Assembly (NCBI GenBank): GCA_964471125.1
Contig: CAYYFD010000002.1
Location: forward strand, 1 to 33,399
Length of the DNA stretch: 33,399 nt
Direction: 5' to 3'
DNA from: an uncultured Candidatus Peribacteria bacterium
GTDB lineage: Bacteria > Patescibacteriota > Gracilibacteria > Peribacterales > Peribacteraceae
Made by a program: the position numbers and the translations under genes. Below are positions 26,192 to 32,642 of the stretch, piece by piece (within the stretch, counting starts at the first letter, position 1; each line of letters starts with the position of its first letter). Below the pieces are notes generated by a model. The model did not search any database. It was given only the letters and a program-made list of their open reading frames with translations, and had not been told where the DNA came from.

Positions 26192-26671
26192 ATGTTGCAT
26201 CCAGTCGTCATCTGTTGTTTCTTGTTGATGTTTGGGATTGGCTTTGCAATCCCCGTTGGGATGATCATCTTTGAAAAGCTCCGTGAGCAAACGGTTGCGG
26301 GAATGGCTGGATCTTCCCAGCTCAATCCGGCGATGGCTCAGAAGCGCCGAGAAGACTTTGCAGGCATGCACTGCAAGTACTCGCTGCCGACTGAAAGATC
26401 ACTGACAGCCGGCCTCTACCAAGAGGCCGGCTACGTTTGTTGTATTTGTCCGTTACGCCGTTCGTCTTTAGGAAAGCTGGTCTATTTCGAACTGCCTTTT
26501 TGCAAAGTCCTGGACCGAGAAGATGTTGGTATCCAGCTCATAAAACGTTCTCAAATCATTCCCTTGATATTCATGATATTGATGGCTGCTGCCTTGCTGT
26601 TTCCTTCTGTGTACTTCTTTATTGTAAAACACTTTGAATTCATCAAAATTCCAAGGTTCTTGGTTGAATGA
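26192..26671 (+). CDS. hypothetical two-TM small protein (159 aa), uncertain
   Basis: GAGGAG lies 5 nt upstream of the ATG and a promoter lies upstream. Hydrophobic helices sit at both ends. However, the ORF contains a terminator-like hairpin and is codon-aligned antisense to a minus-strand ORF. Confidence 0.4.
   Translation: MLHPVVICCFLLMFGIGFAIPVGMIIFEKLREQTVAGMAGSSQLNPAMAQKRREDFAGMHCKYSLPTERSLTAGLYQEAGYVCCICPLRRSSLGKLVYFELPFCKVLDREDVGIQLIKRSQIIPLIFMILMAAALLFPSVYFFIVKHFEFIKIPRFLVE
26407..26445 (+). terminator. terminator-like hairpin inside ORF 26192..26671
   Basis: AGCCGGCCTCT-ACCA-AGAGGCCGGCT (11-bp perfect stem) followed by the T-rich ACGTTTGTTGTATTTGT. Confidence 0.45.
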
Positions 26672-26701
26672 TTCGATGCCAGTGAATTGTAAGTCGTTCA
26701 T
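26468..26701 (-). CDS. alternative 77-aa ORF overlapping the stop of the 1,652-aa gene (ATGA)
   Basis: The ATG at 26701-26699 overlaps the TGA at 26700-26698 of the upstream gene. The composition is odd (almost no Ala), so it may be a shadow of the plus-strand ORF. Confidence 0.2.
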   Translation of the reverse strand: MNDLQFTGIESFNQEPWNFDEFKVFYNKEVHRRKQQGSSHQYHEYQGNDLRTFYELDTNIFSVQDFAKRQFEIDQLS

Positions 26702-29700
26702 GATGTGGGGGGTAAGGAGAATTCGGGGAATTGCTTGAGAAGCTGCGAACGGTAGCTCTGGATTTGTAGGAGTAGGAACCGTGATGCCTTGGAAAAACGT
26801 GTAAACGTTTCCTGCTGCATCTGCGCATACATGGGTTCGATAATCGGCAGAAAGAACTGAATAAACCACTCTTTGGGCAGTTGCCGCTTTGCAGGTGGTT
26901 GCTTCGTATCCTGCAGAACGCTGCGGTAATTATCCAGCATGTCTCCCAGTTTTATGATTTTTACGCCTTCATCTGCGGCGTGTATCTGTGCAAGATAGGC
27001 GGTCACCGAGGCATCGCCTGTCGGGTTTGTAAGTGCCGCGATCTTGCGGTCGGTATCTGCGCCAAACTTTTGCTGAATTTTCTCATGATCGACGTCGGTA
27101 TCTTCATAGAGATCATGCCCTAGGGCAGCAAGGAGTATGGTTTCTTTTTCAGCATCCGGAACATCTCGATCCAGTGATAGTGCTGCTTCGAGATCGCATG
27201 TCACATCGATGCAGTGCTGCCAGTCGGGTCGCCCGCCTGATCGCATACCGTGATGTTTTTGCTGGATGAGCGCTGCAAGATCTTTTTTCTTTCCCTCCCA
27301 GCGATGAGGAACACCGCCTTTGTGCGGGAAAAATGTCCTGTAGTAGGCTTCCCAAGATTTCTCATTGAGCATGTCCTGATCTTTCACAAATCCGTAATAC
27401 TCTTCTCTCCCACGATATGCAGGCAGAGGGGCTGATGCACGTGCAAGTACCCATGCACTCAAGACTTTAGCTACCTTTCCGCAGCCATCTTCGAAGAAAT
27501 GGTCTGTGAGATCGATCTTGTACTCCACCCAGGCCGCAAGAGCGACGGGATCCTGGTCTCCATCACTTAGTCTTCGGTGGAACTCCTCGCAAAACTGGTT
27601 CATGGCATCGGGCAACTTCGCGATGGCGGTATAGGGGAACTTTGTCGAGTCTGCCGTGCGGTACAAGATCCCTTCCTTCACGATTCCACGATTGATTTCT
27701 GTCGCAATCGTCTCGATGAATACACGAATATCCTGGGGACTTTCGAATGCACGGTTACGTTCGGCATGTACCCGCTCGACGACACACTGGAAATTGAGAC
27801 GTGCGAAATCTCCTACTGATCCGTCGATCTTTGCCATGGATGTAGCCTTTTTTGCGGTTGCAGAGGTATCCACGGTTCCACTGCCGATGGTTCGGCTCAT
27901 GCCATTGATGTTTGCCAGGCATTTTCTGGAAAAGAGCATGCCTTCAGGAGCTTGCATCGCATGCATGACAAGCATGGGATAGTCGGTGTTTAGCGTGGGC
28001 TCAGCCTCACTTGGCTGCTGCTGCGCAAGAAGCACAGCCTGTTTTTCGCCCGGGATATCGCTTTTCAGGAGCCAGTATTCGCCGTTGATCTCATGAATAA
28101 GATTCGCCTTCTCTCTACGATGAGACACGGACTCTGTATATCCGCCATCAATGATAGTGCGTGGAGGGATGGGCGAGGTGCCGTTAGGGTTGCGTCCCTT
28201 GATTCCTTTGCCCGGGTTTCCATAGACACGATCGAGACTTGTCTGGAGCTCTGCATCAACATCAATCATGATGGTGTGATATCCCTGTGCCTGGTTGGCG
28301 ACCTCCCGTACGTCGCTCGGTTTGGTAAATCGTTTGTCGATAGCGACGTGCATTTCTTTTCCCAGTGCCCAACGGATAAGGTCTTCGGCCATCTGCGCAC
28401 CTTCGGTATGCGCCTGAATGGAGGTAATTTGTGGGACTCCATTCACCAATTCTTCTCCGCGGATAGCAGCTTTCATTTCATCAGGATTGATGGCACACGA
28501 CGGGTCGATATTCAAAAGCCCGATTCTTTCGCATGCTGCAGGCGGGTGCTCCACGGTATAGCTCTTGCCGGATGCAGTATTGCCACTCAAAAGCACCAAT
28601 ACTTTTTTTCCACGCAGATCTGCCAGTCCATCTTTTTCTGCGATCGCACGCTTCATTTTTTCATGGCCTTCTACAATCTTTGCGCGCCAGGTTTCTACAA
28701 TATTCTCGCGAACCGCATGACGCTCGGGGATCCATTTGTCGATATCGGCAATCTCGGCTTTCTTATCATCTTTACCCTGCGGCAGCGTGTTATAGGTATA
28801 TGCGTCGATGGTATGGATGTCCGGATTGCGCCACATGCATTCACGGAGTAATTCGTAACGATTTTTGCTGGCATCTTCCTCACCGGCTGTTTCAATCTTT
28901 TGCGTCGGGCTTACTTTGTAGCGTGCCAAAACCTCACGCGCACTTTCCCGAGTAATCTCTTCAAAATATACCCTGCCCGCACTATCGATCGTTACCACGC
29001 CGTCTTCCGAGCGGCCAACGATGGTAAATTGGCACTCACGGAAATTGGGGACTCCGCCAGGGTACAAATCATTCACTTCATCAATCGCTGCATCTCTCTT
29101 TTTCGGATCATTGAGGACATCGGGCGAAAATTTGGTCCGCCAGTTATCTGCGACATCTAATCCAGTGATAATTTTCAGTCCTTTCTGGTTTTCTCGTTGT
29201 TTTGCCAATTGCTCGAGACGGACAGCCAACGGTACATTCTCTCGGAGCATCGCCTGAAATTCCTCCTCCCGTACTTCCAAGACCACAGTACCGTCTTCTT
29301 CCGCCGTTACTGTTGCATTTCTGCGTCGATCCTTACTGAAATGGAGCATTTCGCCGACGGTGGTTCCGGGGCCGATGATGCCGAGAAAAATAGGATCGCC
29401 GGACTCACTGCGGCGATAAATGCCCGCACGTCCTTTCAGGACAACAAAGATGCTGCGCTCACCGCTCTTTTCCTTCGCAGTCCCCGTGCCCCGATGTTCC
29501 GGTGACTGCGTGATGATGCGGCTGTCACGATTGAATTGTTTCCGGAGGAAAAGATTCTCCGCATTGGGATGGGCATTGGCATATGCAATGACTCCTTCCA
29601 GAATGTCTTTCTTGTGATCATCAATTTTGCCACCGTTCTCATTGAGGACATTAGCAAGCTCCTCTATACCCTGCGCAGAGGAAAGGACTTCGGTTTTGGT

Positions 29701-31656
29701 GACGTAGGCAAGCAGGCGCTGCCGCGCAAGGCTCTGAAATGCCTCTTCGAATCCTTCCGTGCTCATCAACTGATGGAAATCATTACTCGTCATGGTGATT
29801 GCTTCTACATCGCCGCCTTCGATGACGACGTCCGCAGTCGCCGTATTGTCGTTGAGCAGTGAGAGCTCCCCGGCAACATTCGGGAAGGCCATACGGTCAA
29901 TGAGGCGTCGCTGCATTTGCCCCTCTTTTGTGCGAACTTCTTTGTAGACCGCTGGCTTGCCTGTACCAGAGAGAAGCAGGAAGACCGTATGGTTTTCCTG
30001 TCCTTGTCCCAGAATCACTTCTCCTTCTTTTAGCGTCCGTCGCTGCAATCGGTTTGCAAACTCCGGATGGGCACGTGCGTAGTCCACGACACAATGGATC
30101 ATCGTACCGCGACGGCTGCCGGGGCGTAGTACTCGTGCATGGGACTCGATCTCATGTATGAGTGAGTTTTCCTCAGGTTCCTCGGGCCTTGCGCCATTCG
30201 GTGTCCTGACTGCTTCCCGAAGCTCGCGCAGTTTCTGCTGGGACATAGGATTGCCCTGAATGCTTTGTAGGAACGCAATGAGATACTGACATGCCTCACG
30301 GTCCGGATGATCCGGCGGCATTTCGCGGTATCGCGAACGCAGACAGGCAAGATCCTGCGTCATGTTTGTGAGATGGCCGGTGACACCAATCACAGTTTTT
30401 CCAAAGGCAAATGCCTTTCCGTGAATATCTTCCAGTGCTGCGATTTCATCGTTGGAAGTTGCGAGTAACTTCTTGGCCAATCCTTCTAATGTCGGATCGA
30501 TTTCCCGGAAAGCGATGACAAATGCGTCACGCTCATTTTTTGTATTTTCGATAGTTCCATGGAAAATGTTTTCACTTGTCTCGTCTGCTAGCTGAGAAAA
30601 ATTCCTGACGATCAAGGGGTACTTTTTCTGTGCTTCTCCGGATGTCAGGAGGTTACCCTTTGTATCTGCTGCGACAATGCCTTGTTCATCGATCTGTATA
30701 TCCCGCATGCGCCGTGACGGCGTAATGCGGTCGAGTGCATATCCCAGTAATCCGACCGTGCGCGCTTCCTTCTGGGGAATGCCCGCTTGTCCTGCTCCAA
30801 AATCGATAATTTTCTTGCGCAGTTGATTGGCAAGCGCGTCGAACTCAGGTGAGTCCTTTTTGCCTTCCAATAGGGATAATTCGCCTTCTTCCGATGGAGT
30901 CAGGACAGCTTTAGGTACGCTCTTTTTCTTCTTCAATGTTGCGAGCCGTGCCGCTTCTTTTGAGCAAATGAAAAGGATAGGGCAAAGATCCGGAGGGACA
31001 TCGCCGCCCGGAACGAAGTTGCGGACCATGTCGATGGGGTACCCCGGATGATGCGCTGCGAAGATGTACGAGAGCCCTCGGGCTTGCTCCGGTGAAAGGC
31101 CAGCTGCCTCCAGCCGACGCATACCTGCGACGATGCTACCCGTTCCATGAAGAAGGATTTTCCGTACGGTATAATTCTGATTCTCTGGACGTGTGATGAA
31201 ATCATATGCTTCACCTGCCTTCACCTCCGCATCTTTATCTGTATATCCGGCGATAATGGCATTATCGGTGAATACCCGTCGCAGTTCCTTTTCATGGCTT
31301 ACAAGATTCAGCTCCGTATCGCTGTAGGCAAGGTCATGATGTTTAATAAAAACCTGCAGTAATGTTTTCAGCTCCGAAGGTTCGGGAAAAATGCTATCCA
31401 AAAGCTCCAGATGAGAGGCGAGGTGGGGGTCTACTCCCGGTGGGTAATCGGAAGGACTTTCTTGTCCTAATGCCAATGCTAATTTTTCCAAAACGTCCGG
31501 AGGAAGTTGCAGATGGAGACTTGTAAGTGCATTCCCATCAAGCACATGAGGAATGGCATCTCTCACATCACCAATCCCTGTCGGGATCGCTGTTAGAGGA
31601 TTGCTAGGAACAGCATTTTCAGCCGCATTATTTTCATCAATACGATCTGCAGGCAT
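26698..31656 (-). CDS. giant multidomain protein: HD-like / 2x cNMP-binding / Zeta-like P-loop kinase / Fic-Doc-like / RelA-SpoT-type HD hydrolase
   Basis: Single uninterrupted 1,652-codon ORF. The domain motifs are listed in the separate domain features and in the findings. Confidence 0.9.
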   Translation of the reverse strand: MPADRIDENNAAENAVPSNPLTAIPTGIGDVRDAIPHVLDGNALTSLHLQLPPDVLEKLALALGQESPSDYPPGVDPHLASHLELLDSIFPEPSELKTLLQVFIKHHDLAYSDTELNLVSHEKELRRVFTDNAIIAGYTDKDAEVKAGEAYDFITRPENQNYTVRKILLHGTGSIVAGMRRLEAAGLSPEQARGLSYIFAAHHPGYPIDMVRNFVPGGDVPPDLCPILFICSKEAARLATLKKKKSVPKAVLTPSEEGELSLLEGKKDSPEFDALANQLRKKIIDFGAGQAGIPQKEARTVGLLGYALDRITPSRRMRDIQIDEQGIVAADTKGNLLTSGEAQKKYPLIVRNFSQLADETSENIFHGTIENTKNERDAFVIAFREIDPTLEGLAKKLLATSNDEIAALEDIHGKAFAFGKTVIGVTGHLTNMTQDLACLRSRYREMPPDHPDREACQYLIAFLQSIQGNPMSQQKLRELREAVRTPNGARPEEPEENSLIHEIESHARVLRPGSRRGTMIHCVVDYARAHPEFANRLQRRTLKEGEVILGQGQENHTVFLLLSGTGKPAVYKEVRTKEGQMQRRLIDRMAFPNVAGELSLLNDNTATADVVIEGGDVEAITMTSNDFHQLMSTEGFEEAFQSLARQRLLAYVTKTEVLSSAQGIEELANVLNENGGKIDDHKKDILEGVIAYANAHPNAENLFLRKQFNRDSRIITQSPEHRGTGTAKEKSGERSIFVVLKGRAGIYRRSESGDPIFLGIIGPGTTVGEMLHFSKDRRRNATVTAEEDGTVVLEVREEEFQAMLRENVPLAVRLEQLAKQRENQKGLKIITGLDVADNWRTKFSPDVLNDPKKRDAAIDEVNDLYPGGVPNFRECQFTIVGRSEDGVVTIDSAGRVYFEEITRESAREVLARYKVSPTQKIETAGEEDASKNRYELLRECMWRNPDIHTIDAYTYNTLPQGKDDKKAEIADIDKWIPERHAVRENIVETWRAKIVEGHEKMKRAIAEKDGLADLRGKKVLVLLSGNTASGKSYTVEHPPAACERIGLLNIDPSCAINPDEMKAAIRGEELVNGVPQITSIQAHTEGAQMAEDLIRWALGKEMHVAIDKRFTKPSDVREVANQAQGYHTIMIDVDAELQTSLDRVYGNPGKGIKGRNPNGTSPIPPRTIIDGGYTESVSHRREKANLIHEINGEYWLLKSDIPGEKQAVLLAQQQPSEAEPTLNTDYPMLVMHAMQAPEGMLFSRKCLANINGMSRTIGSGTVDTSATAKKATSMAKIDGSVGDFARLNFQCVVERVHAERNRAFESPQDIRVFIETIATEINRGIVKEGILYRTADSTKFPYTAIAKLPDAMNQFCEEFHRRLSDGDQDPVALAAWVEYKIDLTDHFFEDGCGKVAKVLSAWVLARASAPLPAYRGREEYYGFVKDQDMLNEKSWEAYYRTFFPHKGGVPHRWEGKKKDLAALIQQKHHGMRSGGRPDWQHCIDVTCDLEAALSLDRDVPDAEKETILLAALGHDLYEDTDVDHEKIQQKFGADTDRKIAALTNPTGDASVTAYLAQIHAADEGVKIIKLGDMLDNYRSVLQDTKQPPAKRQLPKEWFIQFFLPIIEPMYAQMQQETFTRFSKASRFLLLQIQSYRSQLLKQFPEFSLPPTS
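26857..27225 (-). other. RelA/SpoT-type HD domain (alarmone-hydrolase-like, aa ~1478-1600)
   Basis: HCIDVTCDL...ILLAALGHDLYEDTDVDHEKIQQKFGADTDRKIAALTNP...VKIIKLGDMLDNYRSV parallels the H...AALLHDvvEDT...FG...v..lT...vKLADRLHNmR pattern. Confidence 0.7.
27397..27789 (-). other. Fic/Doc-like module with non-canonical motif (aa ~1290-1420)
   Basis: GILYR...DPVALAAWVEYKIDLTDHFFEDGCGKVAKVLSAWVLARASAPLP. The motif HFFEDGCGKVAK (27463-27501) differs from the canonical HxFx(D/E)GNGRxxR. Confidence 0.6.
28057..28623 (-). other. Zeta-toxin-like P-loop kinase module (aa ~1012-1200)
   Basis: Walker A VLVLLSGNTASGKSY, then LLNIDPSCAINPDEM, VAIDKRF and IMIDVDAELQTSLDRV, in the order seen in Zeta/AAA_33-type kinases. 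Confidence 0.5.
29212..29604 (-). other. CAP-type cyclic-nucleotide-binding module 2 (aa ~685-815)
   Basis: SIFVVLKGRAGIYRR...GPGTTVGEMLHFSKDRRRNATVTAEEDGTVVLEVREEEFQAML. The GE...R-x-ATV cassette is intact. Confidence 0.7.
29737..30099 (-). other. CAP-type cyclic-nucleotide-binding module 1 (aa ~520-640)
   Basis: GEVILGQGQENHTVFLLLSG...VAGELSLLNDNTATADVVIE...ITMTSNDFHQLM. The phosphate-binding-cassette Arg appears to be replaced. Confidence 0.6.
31012..31359 (-). other. possible HD-type phosphohydrolase region (aa ~100-215)
   Basis: H..H (PHLASHLE), then IKHHDLAY, LLHGTGS and FAAHHPGYPID. This is a loose H...HD...H...HH-GYP spacing, and the match is weak. Confidence 0.3.
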
Positions 31657-31662
31657 CAGATG

Positions 31663-31691
31663 ATTATAGCAAAAAATGGCACATTCTTCAA
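31663..31691 (-). promoter_or_regulatory. sigma-70-like promoter TTGAAG-17-TATAAT placed 6 nt before the ATG of the giant gene
   Basis: The minus strand reads TTGAAGaatgtgccattttttgcTATAATcatctgATG. This implies a leaderless or near-leaderless mRNA. Confidence 0.55.
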
Positions 31692-31710
31692 TGCACGGTA
31701 TTGCAGATAT

Positions 31711-32424
31711 TTAGTTTGTAAGTGTGGTTTTGGCTGCAAATTGCTCCCTCCACGCAGTAGTAGCCTCTTGCCAAGCTGTCGCTTGTGTAGCCCCATCTGC
31801 AATCATATGCAGAATAGGGAGTGATGTTGTCAGTTTTGGTTCCACGCAGTCACGAAAACAGGAATATGCCTTGCGGAATCTCGCCCAAAACTTTCGTATG
31901 GCTGGAGGTGTGATCTCCGTTGGTTGGAAATGCATCGCTGCGATACGCTCCGCGCATGTCAGATTGTCGACATCCTGCGTGGAAAGTTCTGTGAGGAGGC
32001 TCCATGCATCATCGATGGTTTGCGCATCGCCTTCGCGTCTACTCGCAAGGTGCTGCAGCGCGCGTTCCATGAAATTGCGGTTTCCCCGTTCGCGGTCCAT
32101 CACCATCATGAGGCAGTCATCTTCAGTGCCGATGCTGAAATCATAAGCATTGCGCACGACGCCCATATCGATGAGCGCGCGAGCAACATCAAAGTAGGGA
32201 AGGGGATCTTGTTCACTGAGAGCAATGATGGTATTTGCCTTGGATTGCATATCAGGATGCCCGGCAGTGTCATCCAGTACATCTTCACAAAGCTCATGCG
32301 TTCGGGCTATACGTTCGTTTAACATTGGTGGCCTGGTGACTACTTCTGTTCGTGTTTCAAAGAGTTGGCCTTGGAGCCGGTCAGGTGTGTGGGTACGCCT
32401 CATAAGGACTATAGTAGCAATCAT
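31711..32424 (-). CDS. hypothetical protein (237 aa)
   Basis: ORF immediately upstream of the giant gene on the same strand. No motif recognised. Confidence 0.6.
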   Translation of the reverse strand: MIATIVLMRRTHTPDRLQGQLFETRTEVVTRPPMLNERIARTHELCEDVLDDTAGHPDMQSKANTIIALSEQDPLPYFDVARALIDMGVVRNAYDFSIGTEDDCLMMVMDRERGNRNFMERALQHLASRREGDAQTIDDAWSLLTELSTQDVDNLTCAERIAAMHFQPTEITPPAIRKFWARFRKAYSCFRDCVEPKLTTSLPILHMIADGATQATAWQEATTAWREQFAAKTTLTN

Positions 32425-32642
32425 CTTTTTGTGTGTATGTCAAAATACCCACTAAAGTGAGTATGTATTGTTCACAGCATTGCAGAGTAGAGAAGGTCTT
32501 CCGGGCCGCATTCGCACTTCCGTGCGGTGCGGGGTAGCCCCCGGGCAATCATAAGTATGATGGCAATTGGTTACCTGCCAGAGCATACGTCCCTAGATCA
32601 CACTAAAGAGTATGATGCTAGGTCAGAGAAAAATTCCTCTGG

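Noticed and set aside
28093-28851. 252-aa ORF antisense to the giant gene, along with other antisense ORFs such as 5985..6617, 9938..10525, 16156..16662 and 23804..24388
   Set aside because: All lie fully inside stronger sense-strand genes with recognisable motifs. They have no independent start signals and no recognisable domains.
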